From the NCBI RefSeq assembly GCF_964059045.1, contig NZ_OZ060402.1, positions 360,001-392,000 on the forward strand: a stretch of DNA of 32,000 nt, given 5' to 3'. The position numbers were made by a program, and so were the translations under genes. The notes beneath the pieces were generated by a model. The model saw only the letters and a list, made by a program, of their open reading frames with translations. It ran no database searches and had not been told where the DNA came from. Origin of the DNA: Candidatus Saccharimonadota bacterium. Its GTDB lineage: Bacteria; Pseudomonadota; Gammaproteobacteria; Enterobacterales; Enterobacteriaceae. Positions 20,388 through 31,492 of this stretch are shown here, piece after piece (within the stretch, counting starts at the first letter, position 1; each line of letters starts with the position of its first letter).

Positions 20388-20780
20388 ATGTCTAGTATAT
20401 ATACAATTAATGCACCAAAACCAATAGGTCCTTATTCACAAGCTATTACATTCAAAAATTTTATTATTACTTCAGGACAAATACCCATAGATATTAAATC
20501 AAATACTATTCCTAAAAATATTAATGAACAAACATATATTACTTTAAAAAACATTAAATCTATTTTAATTGCAGCTAATTTTAATATTAAAAATATTGTA
20601 AAAACGACAATATATATTGTTAATATGGAAGAAATAGACCAAATTAATCAAACATATGAAACATTTTTTATAAAAAATAATGTATCATACTTTCCATCAA
20701 GAACATGTATAGAAGTTTCAGCGTTACCTCAAAAAGTTAAAATTGAAATTGAAGCGATTGCATATAAAAATGACAAGTAA
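20388..20780 (+). CDS. ridA: RidA/YjgF-family enamine/imine deaminase
   Basis: MSSIYTINAPKPIGPYSQAI...VKIEIEAIA is collinear with E. coli RidA (128 aa). The track ORF starts at ATG 20379, which directly abuts the AAGGA at 20374-20378. ATG 20388 has 9-nt spacing and matches the orthologue length (130 aa). Confidence 0.9.
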   Translation: MSSIYTINAPKPIGPYSQAITFKNFIITSGQIPIDIKSNTIPKNINEQTYITLKNIKSILIAANFNIKNIVKTTIYIVNMEEIDQINQTYETFFIKNNVSYFPSRTCIEVSALPQKVKIEIEAIAYKNDK

Positions 20781-20793
20781 TATCATAAAATAA

Positions 20794-20817
20794 GTGGTAG
20801 AAAATACCTTCTACCAC
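20794..20817. terminator. hairpin between convergent ridA and deaD (candidate terminator, best fitted to the minus strand)
   Basis: GTGGTAGAA (20794-20802) pairs perfectly with TTCTACCAC (20809-20817). This is a 9-bp stem with 4 G:C pairs and a 6-nt loop. On the minus strand it is followed by TTATTTTATGAT (U-rich) and lies 46 nt after the deaD stop. On the plus strand it lies 14 nt after the ridA stop but is followed by AAAACC. Confidence 0.55.
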
Positions 20818-20862
20818 AAAACCAAAACAAATTTATCAAAATCATCAATTACGTGTTTTTTT

Positions 20863-22674
20863 CTAACAAAAACGTTTATCAATACGTTTAGAGGATCTAG
20901 AAAAATGAGATTGAGGTACATGACGACGATCAGGTGTCCGATTCGTTATCGTACGATCTAAATTTTTTATTGAACTTTTAGAAAATATCCTACGTTCTTT
21001 TAATTTTGAATCATAGAAAATTTTTATATTAATTTGTTTATTTAAAATACGAGTACGAGCAAATGTTTGTAACAAATTACTAGATAAAGATTTTGGTAAT
21101 TCAATTGTCGAATATGTAGGGAAAATATTAACATGACCAATATTTTTACTACTAATATCACCTTCATTAGCTATTGCACCTACGATATGACGTACTTCAA
21201 CACCATCATTTCGACCTACTTCAATTTTGTATAGATCCATTTCCATATAACTTTTTCGATCTCTACGATTACGATAAATTCTTATGTTTTCTGTTTTTTT
21301 AATTTCATTATCTTTCATACAATTATAACGATTATATTTTGAATTTAAATCTGATTTAATGATTAAAGGTCTTTCACCTTGCGCCATCTTTAATAATGCA
21401 GCAGCTAATTTTTCTAAATTAAATTCATTTGATAACTGTATTTTAGGTAGTAATAAACAATATTCATTTAAATCAGCACTTTTTAAATTAATATTTACTT
21501 TTTCAGAAAATTTTTTCAAACGACGTTCGCTTAATAATGCAACGTTAGGTAACTTTACTTCTTGAATATTTAATTTCATAATACGTTCAATATTTCTTAA
21601 TAAACGACGTTCTCTATTTTCAACAAATAATAAAGCACGACCAGTTCGACCCGCACGACCAGTTCGACCAATACGATGTACATAAGATTCAGCATCCATA
21701 GGAATGTCATAATTAATGACAAGAGTTATTCTATCTACATCTAACCCTCTTGCTGCAACATCAGTGGCTATTAATATATCTAATCTACCATCTTTTAATT
21801 TTTCTAATGTTTGTTCTCGAAGCGCTTGATTCATATCGCCATTTAATGCAGCACTATTATAACCATTTTTTTCTAATGCCTCTGAAACTTCTAAAGTAGC
21901 ATTTTTTGTACGAACAAATATTATTGTTGCTGAAAAATCTTCTACTTCTAAAAATCGAATCAAACCATCAGTTTTTCTACCGTAAACTATCCAAAAACTT
22001 TGTTGAATATTTGGTCTAGTATTAATATTAGATTGAATTTTAATTTCTTTTGGTTCTTTCATAAATCTACGCGAAATACGAAGAATAACTTCAGGCATCG
22101 TGGCTGAAAATAAAGCTGTTTGATGTTCTTTAGGTATTTGAGCCATAATAGTTTCAACATCTTCAATAAATCCCATACGTAGCATTTCATCTGCTTCATC
22201 TAAAACTAATCCATGCAAATTAGATAAATTTAAAGTACCTCTTTTTAAATGATCAAGTAACCGTCCTGGAGTACCTACAACAATTTGAGGGCCTTTTTTT
22301 AAAGATTTTAATTGTAATTCATATCTTTGACCACCATAAAGCGCTAATATATGAATCCCATACATATATTTAGAAAAATCAGAAAAAGCCTGACCTACTT
22401 GAACAGCTAATTCTCTAGTAGGTGCTAATACTAATATTTGAGGAGATTTCAAATTAATATTAATATTATGCAGTAAAGGTAAAGCAAAAGCTGCTGTTTT
22501 ACCACTTCCAGTTTGAGCCATACCTAATACATCTTTACCTTCTAAAAGATATGGAATACAAGTTGATTGAATAGGAGATGGTTTTATATATCCTAAATCA
22601 TTTAATGCTTGGATTAGTGAAGGTTTTAAACCAAGAATAGAAAATGTAGTTTCAATGTGAGTCATGCAGTACAT
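20863..22674 (-). CDS. deaD: DEAD-box ATP-dependent RNA helicase DeaD (CsdA)
   Basis: It has the Q motif (GYIKPSPIQ), [12 protein letters not shown] (VLDEADEM), [13 protein letters not shown] and the DeaD-type C-terminal extension. The start is ATG 22672-22674 (3 nt after AAGAGG) or ATG 22663-22665 (MTHIETTF, closer to E. coli MAEFETTF). This gives 603 or 600 aa. Confidence 0.92.
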   Translation of the reverse strand: MYCMTHIETTFSILGLKPSLIQALNDLGYIKPSPIQSTCIPYLLEGKDVLGMAQTGSGKTAAFALPLLHNININLKSPQILVLAPTRELAVQVGQAFSDFSKYMYGIHILALYGGQRYELQLKSLKKGPQIVVGTPGRLLDHLKRGTLNLSNLHGLVLDEADEMLRMGFIEDVETIMAQIPKEHQTALFSATMPEVILRISRRFMKEPKEIKIQSNINTRPNIQQSFWIVYGRKTDGLIRFLEVEDFSATIIFVRTKNATLEVSEALEKNGYNSAALNGDMNQALREQTLEKLKDGRLDILIATDVAARGLDVDRITLVINYDIPMDAESYVHRIGRTGRAGRTGRALLFVENRERRLLRNIERIMKLNIQEVKLPNVALLSERRLKKFSEKVNINLKSADLNEYCLLLPKIQLSNEFNLEKLAAALLKMAQGERPLIIKSDLNSKYNRYNCMKDNEIKKTENIRIYRNRRDRKSYMEMDLYKIEVGRNDGVEVRHIVGAIANEGDISSKNIGHVNIFPTYSTIELPKSLSSNLLQTFARTRILNKQINIKIFYDSKLKERRIFSKSSIKNLDRTITNRTPDRRHVPQSHFSRSSKRIDKRFC

Positions 22675-23262
22675 GAACCTCTTAAATAACTGTAGCCAAT
22701 TGACATCAATTATTATGAAAATTTTTAATAAACATAATCAATGACAATGTCTGTTGACTGAAATTAAAATATGATGAATAAAAACTTATTATATTTTTAT
22801 TACAAAACACTAAAAAAATAATTTTAGAAACAATAATAACATTATAAATATGAAATTATAAAATAAAAATTATCATAAATAATTAAAAATCTTAATGTTT
22901 CATAAATAATTTAACTGTATACAATATTTTTATATTATATTATTCACCCCGAATATATTTAAAATATTTAAAAATATTAAAAAAAATCAATTGATATATA
23001 AATAAATTTAAAAATTAAAAATATAAAAATAAATTATTATTCAATTTTTAATTAATAGTATTAATTATATTATTAATATTTTATTTAAAAAATTAAATTT
23101 AAATACATGCTAAATATTAAATATTAAAAAATAATTTTAAATATGGATATTATTTTAATATATTTTATATAAAATTATCTTGTAATATATACATTTTCAT
23201 TACAATATGTAAAATATTATTTCTTTTATATAACTCAATAATACTAATTTAAAGAAAAAATT

Positions 23263-25344
23263 TTATTCACTATCTTTAATACTTAAACGTAACCGTCCCT
23301 GTCTATCTACATCTAATACTTTTACTGATACTTTTTGATCAATTTTAAGGTAATCAGTAACTTTTTCAACACGTTTATCAGAAATTTGAGAAATATGAAC
23401 TAATCCTTCTTTTCCAATACCAATTGAAACAAATGCCCCAAAATCAACAATGCGAGTAACTTTGCCTAAATATATTTTACCGACTTCAATTTCAGCTGTT
23501 ATTTCTTCAATTCTACGAATTGCGATTTTAGCTTTTTCTTTAATAATAGCTGAAATCTTTACTGTTCCATTATCTTCAATTTCAATTGTAGTTCCTGTTT
23601 CTTCAGTTAACATACGAATTACTGAACCACCTTTTCCAATTAAATCTTTAATTTTTTCTGGATTAATTTTTATTATATGTATTCTTGGTGCAAATTCAGA
23701 AATATCATTGCGAGGGTAATTTAATGCTTTTTCCATGACTTGAAGAATATGTAATCTAGCATATTTAGCTTTTACTAAAGCAAATTTAATAATCTCATAT
23801 GTAATATCTTCTATTTTCATGTCCATTTGCAAACAAGTAATACCTGACTTACTACCTGCTACTTTAAAATCCATATCACCTAAATGATCTTCATCACCTA
23901 AAATATCAGATAATATAATGTAATGATCCCCTTCTTTAATTAATCCCATAGCAATACCTGCTATAGCTGATGAAATCGGCACACCTGCATCCATTAAAGC
24001 TAATGAAGCAGCACATACTGAAGCCATCGAAGAAGAACCATTTGATTCAGTTATTTCTGATACTATACGCACAGTATATGGAAACATATCTATACTTGGC
24101 ATAACTGATAATAAACTTTTTTTAGCTAAACAACCATGTCCTATTTCTCTGCGCTTAGGAGAACCTATCATACCAATTTCTCCTACAGCATATGGTGGAA
24201 AATTATAATGAAATAAAAAATTTTCTGATCTATCTCCTAATAATTCATCAATATTTTGAGCATCCCTAGAAGTTCCTAAAGTAATCGCAACTAAAGATTG
24301 TGTTTCTCCACGAGTGAATAAAGCTGAACCATGTGTACGTGGTAAGATTCCTGTACGAACATCTAAAGCACGAATCATATCTGGTTCTCTGCCATCGATT
24401 CTTAATTGACCATTTAATATTCTATTACGAACTATATTTTTTTCCAATTCATAAAAAATATCATCAATTTCTGATTCATGAGTAATTAAATTTTCGTTTA
24501 ATAAAGTAGAAATTAAGTCTGATTTAATCAAATCTAGTTCATGCATTCGCATTTTTTTTTCAACGATTTGATATGCATGACTAATCTTATATTCTGATAA
24601 AGATGAAACACGAAAAAATAAAACAGGATTATATGGTTCAGAAGAAATTTCCCAAGATAAAGATGTAATTTTATTAGACAAATATAAAATATTATCTATG
24701 ACAGCTTGTTGTGCTTGATGTCCAAATGAAATCGCATTAATTATTTCATCTTCTGTTAACATGTCCGATTCAGCTTCTACCATTAAAACAGCATTTTTTG
24801 TTCCGGATACAACCAAATCTAACTTACTAATTTTCATTTCATCATAAGAAGGATTTAAAATATACTGATTATTTATATAACCTACTCTAGCTGCACCAAC
24901 AGGTCCTCTAAACGGTAACCCTGATATACTTAAAGCTGCTGAAGCACCAATAATAGCTACTATATCTGGATTAACTTGAGGATTAAAAGAGACTACAGTA
25001 GCAATAATTTGAATATTATTCATAAAATTTTTAGGAAATAAAGGCCGAATCGGTCTATCTATTAATCTAGCTATTAATATTTCATTTTCACTCGGACGTC
25101 CTTCTCTACGGAAAAAACCTCCTGGTATTCTACCTGCAGCATATGCTCGTTCTTGATAATTTACAGTTAATGGAAAATATTTTTGATTCAATTGTATTTT
25201 CTTATCTGCTACAACTGTAACAAGAACGGCAGTGTCATCTATACTAACCATTACAGCTGAAGTGGCTTGTCTTGCTAGTATTCCTGTCTCTATTGTAACA
25301 GTATGATTTCCATATTGAAATTTTCGTACAATCGGATTGAGCAA
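23263..25344 (-). CDS. pnp: polynucleotide phosphorylase
   Basis: 693 aa. The N-terminus [21 protein letters not shown] is nearly identical to E. coli PNPase. It has two RNase PH domains plus KH and S1 domains ([13 protein letters not shown]). The start codon is TTG (reverse complement of 25342-25344), preceded by AAGGA with 7-nt spacing. Confidence 0.95.
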   Translation of the reverse strand: MLNPIVRKFQYGNHTVTIETGILARQATSAVMVSIDDTAVLVTVVADKKIQLNQKYFPLTVNYQERAYAAGRIPGGFFRREGRPSENEILIARLIDRPIRPLFPKNFMNNIQIIATVVSFNPQVNPDIVAIIGASAALSISGLPFRGPVGAARVGYINNQYILNPSYDEMKISKLDLVVSGTKNAVLMVEAESDMLTEDEIINAISFGHQAQQAVIDNILYLSNKITSLSWEISSEPYNPVLFFRVSSLSEYKISHAYQIVEKKMRMHELDLIKSDLISTLLNENLITHESEIDDIFYELEKNIVRNRILNGQLRIDGREPDMIRALDVRTGILPRTHGSALFTRGETQSLVAITLGTSRDAQNIDELLGDRSENFLFHYNFPPYAVGEIGMIGSPKRREIGHGCLAKKSLLSVMPSIDMFPYTVRIVSEITESNGSSSMASVCAASLALMDAGVPISSAIAGIAMGLIKEGDHYIILSDILGDEDHLGDMDFKVAGSKSGITCLQMDMKIEDITYEIIKFALVKAKYARLHILQVMEKALNYPRNDISEFAPRIHIIKINPEKIKDLIGKGGSVIRMLTEETGTTIEIEDNGTVKISAIIKEKAKIAIRRIEEITAEIEVGKIYLGKVTRIVDFGAFVSIGIGKEGLVHISQISDKRVEKVTDYLKIDQKVSVKVLDVDRQGRLRLSIKDSE

Positions 25345-25570
25345 AATATTATCCTTAAAATACAGTTAATTATGTTAAATTTTTTTAATTAATCATTTAC
25401 AAATATATTATAATTTTATTATAGTAATATAATAAAGATAAAACATTCTGTATATTTTTATTAATATTTTTACGTATAATATAATTTTTTAAAAAAACAC
25501 AAATTAAATTTATATTATGATGAATATACAAAATATTAATTAAATTAATTAAATTAAATAAAAATCATAC

Positions 25571-25590
25571 AAGATAAATAATTTTATCTT
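25571..25590 (-). terminator. weak hairpin overlapping the rpsO stop codon (candidate rpsO terminator or stability element)
   Basis: AAGATAAA (25571-25578) pairs with TTTATCTT (25583-25590). This is an 8-bp stem with a single G:C pair and a 4-nt loop. On the minus strand it is followed by GTATGATTTTTATTTAATTT. Its position matches the E. coli rpsO t1 hairpin, but the stem is weak. Confidence 0.3.
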
Positions 25591-25850
25591 CTTAAATTTA
25601 AATTTTTAATCAGTTTTTGATATCTTGAAAGACTATTTATTTTCAAATAATCTAGTAATTTTCTACGTTTAGATACCATTTTTAACAAACCTCTTCGACT
25701 ACAATGATCTTTCTTATGACTAATAAAATGTTTTTGTAAATAATTGATTTGAAAAGTTAACAACGAAATTTGTACTTCAGATAATCCTGTATCTTTTTCA
25801 TTTTTCCCATAAATTGCTATTAATTCTTTTTTTTTCAATGCTAATAACAT
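25584..25850 (-). CDS. rpsO: 30S ribosomal protein uS15
   Basis: It contains ...[50 protein letters not shown].., matching E. coli S15. The track ORF adds 4 codons. ATG 25848-25850 is preceded by GAGGA (reverse complement of 25856-25860) with 5-nt spacing and gives 88 aa (E. coli 89). Confidence 0.93.
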   Translation of the reverse strand: MLLALKKKELIAIYGKNEKDTGLSEVQISLLTFQINYLQKHFISHKKDHCSRRGLLKMVSKRRKLLDYLKINSLSRYQKLIKNLNLRR

Positions 25851-25920
25851 ATAAATCCTCATGTTTATATTTCAAATACAAAAATAAAAAATACAATTTT
25901 AATAAATATTATTAATACTA

Positions 25921-26856
25921 TTACTGTGAAATTAATCGTATTGGAGTTAAAACACCATATTTATTAATTTTACCGATACCAATGAATAATTTAGATAAAT
26001 TATTCATTATTCTCACAATTTTATTTGGACTTACAGGTATACTATTTAATTGTATAGATTGTCCACTGATTAATATTTTTGATTCAAAATCAGTTAATTT
26101 GATTTTAGAAAAACAAGAAACAGGGCTATCAATAGGATGTAATAAATTCAATTTACTTAAATACTGTGGAAACAGGAAATAATTTTGATTAAATTTTTTT
26201 TTTATATCAATCAGTTTATTAAATGTCACTAAATTATGCATTTTATATAAACCTACTTGCAAACGACGTAAAAAAACTACATGTGCTCCACAACCTAACT
26301 GTTCTCCTAAATCATCAATTAAAGTACGAATGTACGTACCTTTAGAACAATATACTTCTAATTTTATAAATTTTTTATGATATATAATACAGTTTAACTC
26401 ATAGATCGTAATTTTTCTAGTATCTCTATCAATAGTAATGCCTTTTCTAGCATATTTATATAATGACAAACCCTGATATTTTATCGCAGAATACATCGAA
26501 GGTTTTTGTGTAATATGTCCTAAAAATTTTTTTAAAGTATTATTTAGTTTTTCTTTGGTAATATATACTGGACTAATTTTTATAATTTCCCCTTCTGCAT
26601 CAGAAGTTGTAGTTTTTATACCTAATTGAGCAATAACAATATATCTTTTTTTAGCATTCAGTAAATATTTTGAAAATTTAGTAGATTCACCAAAACAAAT
26701 AGGAAGCATTCCTGTAGCTAAGGGATCTAATGAACCAGTATGACCTGCTTTTTTTGCTCGAAAAATTTTTTTTACTTGCTGTAATAAATAATTAGAAGAA
26801 ATTCCTTTAGATTTATCTATTAAAAGAACACCATTGACATTATATGAACATTTCAT
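25921..26856 (-). CDS. truB: tRNA pseudouridine(55) synthase
   Basis: 311 aa with the catalytic motif GHTGSLDPLATGMLPIC. Collinear with E. coli TruB (314 aa). ATG at 26854-26856. Confidence 0.93.
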   Translation of the reverse strand: MKCSYNVNGVLLIDKSKGISSNYLLQQVKKIFRAKKAGHTGSLDPLATGMLPICFGESTKFSKYLLNAKKRYIVIAQLGIKTTTSDAEGEIIKISPVYITKEKLNNTLKKFLGHITQKPSMYSAIKYQGLSLYKYARKGITIDRDTRKITIYELNCIIYHKKFIKLEVYCSKGTYIRTLIDDLGEQLGCGAHVVFLRRLQVGLYKMHNLVTFNKLIDIKKKFNQNYFLFPQYLSKLNLLHPIDSPVSCFSKIKLTDFESKILISGQSIQLNSIPVSPNKIVRIMNNLSKLFIGIGKINKYGVLTPIRLISQ

Positions 26857-26883
26857 AGATATAAATTTTAATTCCTATATTTT

Positions 26884-27255
26884 TTAATGTTTTGAATTAT
26901 TTTCACAAATATTTAATGTAGTATTAATAATTTTTGTCATCTTAATTCCTTTTAACAAAGAATCGTCATAAATAAAAATTAATGATGGAATTATACGACA
27001 AAAGATTTTTTGACTTAACTTTTTTCTAATATAACCAATTGCATGATTTAATATTTTTAATATTTTTTTTAATTGACTATCTTTTAACAAACTAAAAAAT
27101 ATTTTTGCATGAGATAAATCTTTAGAAACTACTACATGTAAAATAGAAACATTTAAATGAATTCTTGGATCATTAAGATCATATTGTAATATATTAGCAA
27201 CAGATTTTTTTATTTCTTGACCTATTCGAATTGTTCTATAATTTATTTTGTCCAA
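26884..27255 (-). CDS. rbfA: 30S ribosome-binding factor RbfA
   Basis: 123 aa. RIGQEIKKSVANILQ...DPR and IPSLIFIYDDSL align with E. coli RbfA (RVAQEMQKEIALILQ, VPELTFFYDNSL). The only usable start is TTG (reverse complement of 27253-27255), with AGGA 9 nt upstream. There is no in-frame ATG near the N-terminus. Confidence 0.88.
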   Translation of the reverse strand: MDKINYRTIRIGQEIKKSVANILQYDLNDPRIHLNVSILHVVVSKDLSHAKIFFSLLKDSQLKKILKILNHAIGYIRKKLSQKIFCRIIPSLIFIYDDSLLKGIKMTKIINTTLNICENNSKH

Positions 27256-27312
27256 ATTTTTATATCCTGAAATATTTTAAAATTCTTAATTAAATCTCAT
27301 AATGAAAAAAAA

Positions 27313-29928
27313 TTAAATATTACGTATTATTGAAACAGTTTTGAAAACTTCTATTATATCATGTACATGAATATCATTATAATTTTTTACTCCTATTCCA
27401 CACTCCATGCCATTTCTAACTTCATTTACATCTTCTTTAAATCTCCTTAATGATTCTAATTCTCCTTCATAAATTACTATATTATTTCTTAATACTCTAA
27501 TTGGTTTACTTTTTTTAATAATTCCTTCTATAACCATACATCCCGCTATATGACCAAATTTAGGTGATTTAAAAATGTTTCTTACTTCAGCTAAACCTAT
27601 AATTTCTTGTTTATATTTTGGGGATAACATACCTAACATAGAGGCTTTGACTTCATCAATGAGATTATAGATAACAGAATAATAACGTAAATCTATGTTA
27701 TCTAATTCAATAATACGACGAGCAGAATTATCTGCACGAACATTAAAACCCACAATAATCGCATTAGAAGCTGATGCTAAAGATGCATCTGTTTCTGTAA
27801 TTCCACCAACACCAGAACCAATTATTTTTATTACAACTTCATGATTAGAAATATTGATTAATGCATCTGAAATAGCCTCTAGAGAACCTTGGACATCTGT
27901 TTTTAAAATAATATTCAATTCAATATTATTTTTTCCATTTACATTTTGAAACATATTTTCAAGAGTTGTTTTTTTCTGAAGAGACAATTTTGTAATTCTA
28001 AATTGATCTTTACGATACATAGCTACTTCCCTTGCTTTTTTTTCATTTCTTACTACAGTGATTAAATCTCCAGCTGAAGGAACACCAGACAAACCTAATA
28101 TTGCAACAGGTATTGATGGTCCAGCTTGTTGAATATCTTGACCTAATTCGTTTAATAATCCTCTTACACGACCATATTCAAAACCACATAATACAATATC
28201 ACCTTTATTTAAAACACCTTCTTTTACTAATACTGTTGCTACAGGACCACGTCCTTTATCTAAATAAGATTCGATAACTACTCCTATAGCCATACCATTC
28301 GAAACAGAACGTAATTCTAATAATTCTGATTGTAATAAAATAGCACTTAATAAATCTTGTATTCCTTCTCCAGTTTTTGCCGAAACATTTACAAATATAT
28401 TTTCCCCACCCCAGCTTTCTGGAACAATACCATGTTTTGTTAATTGATTTTTTATCTCTTCTGGATTTGATTCATTTTTATCAATTTTATTAATGGCAAC
28501 TAAAACTGGTACTTTTGCTGCTTTAGCATGTTGAATCGCTTCTATAGTTTGTGGTTTAACACCATCATCAGCAGCAACAACTAAAACAACTAAATCAGTT
28601 GCATGAACTCCTCTGGCTCTCATAGAAGTAAAAGCAGAATGACCAGGAGTATCAAGAAAAGTAATTATTCCACTTTCTGTTTTAACATGGTATGCACCTA
28701 TATGTTGTGTAATACCGCCAGATTCTTTTTTAGCTATATTAGTAGAACGAATATAATCTAATAAAGAAGTCTTACCATGGTCTACATGCCCCATGACAGT
28801 CACAATAGGCGCTCTATTAAATTGACTAGTAATACCTTTATCACGATCTTTTAATAAAGATTTTTCTAATTCATTATTAAATTGTAAAATAACTTTATGA
28901 CCCATTTCTTCAGCTATCAATTGTGCTATATCTTGATCTAAAATTTTATCACCAGTAACTTTTATATTTTCTATTAAAAAAATTTTTTTTATTACTGCAG
29001 AAGTTTTTACAGACATTTTTTTTGCTAATTCTGAAACTGTAATAGTTTCTCTGATAAAAATATCCCGATTAATTATTTTTAATGGTTTTTGAAAACTTTG
29101 TTGTAATGATAAATAGTTTTTATTTTTATTTTTATTATTATGTTTAATAATTATATTTTTATTTTCTTTATCTATTTTATTCGAGAAATGATTATTATTT
29201 TTTTTCTTTGGAATATAATTCTTATGATTTTTAATACGATCACGATGAATTTTTTCTGTTTTTAAATTCTTATTATCTTCTATAGAATGATTATTAAAAA
29301 ATTTTCTTGATAACAATTCTGTCTTTTCATTATTTTTTATTACCCAATTTTTTAATTTATCATTTAATTTGGTTCTTTTTTCAATTAATGTACGAGAAGA
29401 TGACTCAGTTTTGTTTTTTCTATCTTTCATTTTATATTCTTTAGTCAAACTATTAGTGGCTATATGACTGGATTGATTTTTGATTAATGGCGTAGTAATT
29501 AATTTTCTTTTACTCATAGTTTTACTATTATTTTTTTTTTGTACAATATTAGGAGATATTAAAATATGAGCAGATATTTTTTTTTCTTTATTATTCAATA
29601 TTTTTCTAGTATGATTAACAGGTATATTTTCTTCTATATTTTGCTTGAAATAGATATGTTTTTTACGTACTTCCACTTGAATTAATTTATTTTTACCATT
29701 AGCTGTAGAAAAATTTAAAGTACTATGTTTTTTACGTTGTAAAATAAATGTGTTTTCATTATTCTCTTTTTTAATATTTAAATGATTTAATAACATTTTT
29801 TTTTCATTGTAGTCTAAATAATCAAATTTTGTTTTTACTATACCAATCTCAGCTAATTTATTAATTAATTGATCTATAGAAATATTTATTTCTTTTGATA
29901 ATAATTTTAAATTAATATGATCTATCAT
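27313..29928 (-). CDS. infB: translation initiation factor IF-2
   Basis: 871 aa with the G-domain motifs [17 protein letters not shown] and NKID. The C-terminal domains are conserved, and the N-terminal region is divergent and K/N-rich. ATG at 29926-29928, with AGGAAG in the 17-nt spacer after nusA. Confidence 0.95.
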   Translation of the reverse strand: MIDHINLKLLSKEINISIDQLINKLAEIGIVKTKFDYLDYNEKKMLLNHLNIKKENNENTFILQRKKHSTLNFSTANGKNKLIQVEVRKKHIYFKQNIEENIPVNHTRKILNNKEKKISAHILISPNIVQKKNNSKTMSKRKLITTPLIKNQSSHIATNSLTKEYKMKDRKNKTESSSRTLIEKRTKLNDKLKNWVIKNNEKTELLSRKFFNNHSIEDNKNLKTEKIHRDRIKNHKNYIPKKKNNNHFSNKIDKENKNIIIKHNNKNKNKNYLSLQQSFQKPLKIINRDIFIRETITVSELAKKMSVKTSAVIKKIFLIENIKVTGDKILDQDIAQLIAEEMGHKVILQFNNELEKSLLKDRDKGITSQFNRAPIVTVMGHVDHGKTSLLDYIRSTNIAKKESGGITQHIGAYHVKTESGIITFLDTPGHSAFTSMRARGVHATDLVVLVVAADDGVKPQTIEAIQHAKAAKVPVLVAINKIDKNESNPEEIKNQLTKHGIVPESWGGENIFVNVSAKTGEGIQDLLSAILLQSELLELRSVSNGMAIGVVIESYLDKGRGPVATVLVKEGVLNKGDIVLCGFEYGRVRGLLNELGQDIQQAGPSIPVAILGLSGVPSAGDLITVVRNEKKAREVAMYRKDQFRITKLSLQKKTTLENMFQNVNGKNNIELNIILKTDVQGSLEAISDALINISNHEVVIKIIGSGVGGITETDASLASASNAIIVGFNVRADNSARRIIELDNIDLRYYSVIYNLIDEVKASMLGMLSPKYKQEIIGLAEVRNIFKSPKFGHIAGCMVIEGIIKKSKPIRVLRNNIVIYEGELESLRRFKEDVNEVRNGMECGIGVKNYNDIHVHDIIEVFKTVSIIRNI

Positions 29929-29945
29929 AAAATTGCTTCCTATTA

Positions 29946-31433
29946 TTACAACTTACTACTAAACCAACAGATATTTCTAGCTGCCATGATTAATTTCCCA
30001 GCTTTGATAACATCTAATTCTTTAATATCAGTTAAATCATCAACACCTTGATCTGCTAAGTTCTCTAAAGTACATATTTTTTTTTTAGACAATTCAATAG
30101 CTAAAGTTTGAGTCATACCGTTTAAACGTAATAAATCATCATCAATAAGATATTTTTTAATATAATTATCTTTTTCTAATTCAATAATTTTTAAAGAATT
30201 TTTGGCATTATAACGAATTTTTTTAACTATATTTATATCTAAATCTGCTATATTTAATAATTCATTTAATGAAATATAAACTAATTCTTCTAATTTAGTA
30301 AATCCTTCATTAATTAAAATTTGAGCTATTTTATCATCAATATTTAAATATTTTTTAAATAAATTGAAAGAATCACAAGATTCTTTTTTGTGTTTAATAG
30401 TTAATTCTTCTATAGTCATAACATTTAATTCCCAACCTGTTAGTTGAGATGCTAAACGAACATTTTGTCCATTTCTTCCAATTGCTTGTGCTAAATTATT
30501 ATTTTCTACTGCAATATCCATAGTATGTGAATCTTCATCAACAATAATAGAAGAAACTTCTGCAGGAGACATAGCATTGATCACAAATTGTGGATAATTA
30601 TCATCCCATAATACAATGTCAATTCTTTCCCCACATAATTCACTTGAAACTGCTTGTACTCTTGCTCCTCTCATACCTACACAGGCCCCAACAGGATCAA
30701 TTCTTTTATCATTAGTTTTAACAGCAATTTTAGCACGAGAACCAGGATCTCTTGCAGTTGCTTTGATTTCAATAACTTCTTCTCCTATTTCTGGAACTTC
30801 AATTCTAAATAATTCTATTAACATCTCATCTTTAGATCTACTAACAAATAGTTGTGATCCTTTAGATTCTGGATGTACAGCATATAATACTCCACGAACA
30901 CGATCTCCTGGTCTAAAATTTTCTCTAGGTAACATATCTTCACGCATGATTAATGCTTCTGCATTATTACCTAAATCTAAAATAATATTATCTCGATTAA
31001 TTTTTTTTACTATGCCTGTAACAATTTCACCAGAATGGTTACGAAATTGTTCAACGATCATAGCACGTTCAGCTTCTCGAACTTTTTGTACAATAACTTG
31101 TTTAGCTGTTTGAGTAGTAATTCTATCAAATGTAACTGATTGAATTTCGTCTTCAATATAATCATTAATTTTTTTTGTTTCATCTTCAAAACAAGCAGCA
31201 GCTAAAGTGATTTCTTTTGTTGGTTGAGTAACTTCATGAACTACAATCCAACGTCTAAATGTTTTAAAACTTCCTGTTTTTCGATCAATGCTAACTCTAA
31301 TATCCACATCTTGATCATGTTTTTTCTTTGTTGCAGTTGCTAATGCAATTTCTAAAGCTTCAAAGATTTTTTCTCGAGGTAAAGATTTTTCATTAGATAC
31401 AGCTTCTGCAACAGCTAAGATTTCTTTATTCAT
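29946..31433 (-). CDS. nusA: transcription termination/antitermination factor NusA
   Basis: 495 aa, equal to the E. coli length. The N-terminus [38 protein letters not shown] is nearly identical to E. coli NusA. It has S1 and KH domains and C-terminal AR repeats. Confidence 0.95.
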   Translation of the reverse strand: MNKEILAVAEAVSNEKSLPREKIFEALEIALATATKKKHDQDVDIRVSIDRKTGSFKTFRRWIVVHEVTQPTKEITLAAACFEDETKKINDYIEDEIQSVTFDRITTQTAKQVIVQKVREAERAMIVEQFRNHSGEIVTGIVKKINRDNIILDLGNNAEALIMREDMLPRENFRPGDRVRGVLYAVHPESKGSQLFVSRSKDEMLIELFRIEVPEIGEEVIEIKATARDPGSRAKIAVKTNDKRIDPVGACVGMRGARVQAVSSELCGERIDIVLWDDNYPQFVINAMSPAEVSSIIVDEDSHTMDIAVENNNLAQAIGRNGQNVRLASQLTGWELNVMTIEELTIKHKKESCDSFNLFKKYLNIDDKIAQILINEGFTKLEELVYISLNELLNIADLDINIVKKIRYNAKNSLKIIELEKDNYIKKYLIDDDLLRLNGMTQTLAIELSKKKICTLENLADQGVDDLTDIKELDVIKAGKLIMAARNICWFSSKL

Positions 31434-31492
31434 CTTAGTTAACCTTAGTTATTTTTAAAATAAACTGTGTGTTAAAATATATTAATATTATG

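Noticed and set aside
21359-21565. 68-aa ORF on the plus strand
   Set aside because: It is antisense inside deaD, with no RBS and no homology features.
22700-22729. Plus-strand TTGACA (22700-22705) with TTTAAT 18 nt downstream, a sigma70-like promoter
   Set aside because: There is no plus-strand gene downstream, since the next gene is pnp on the minus strand. The -10 element lacks the key A at position 2. Such hexamers are abundant in A/T-rich DNA.
22946-22954. ACCCCGAAT, which shares ACCCCGA with the left arm of the 31842 terminator hairpin
   Set aside because: No complementary TCGGGG arm lies nearby, so no hairpin can form. It may be half of a decayed terminator from the lost nlpI region, but a 7-8-mer match is not enough to claim this.
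23450-23719. 89-aa ORF on the plus strand
   Set aside because: It is antisense within the pnp KH/S1 region. The translation is hydrophobic and low-complexity with no independent signals. It is a shadow ORF.
25982-26182. 66-aa ORF on the plus strand
   Set aside because: It is antisense inside truB and is a shadow ORF.
30616-31113. 165-aa ORF on the plus strand
   Set aside because: It lies entirely antisense to the highly conserved nusA S1/KH region. It has a low-complexity S/L/T/I-rich translation, no RBS and no recognisable motif. This is a shadow ORF of the kind often seen opposite conserved, relatively GC-richer coding sequence.
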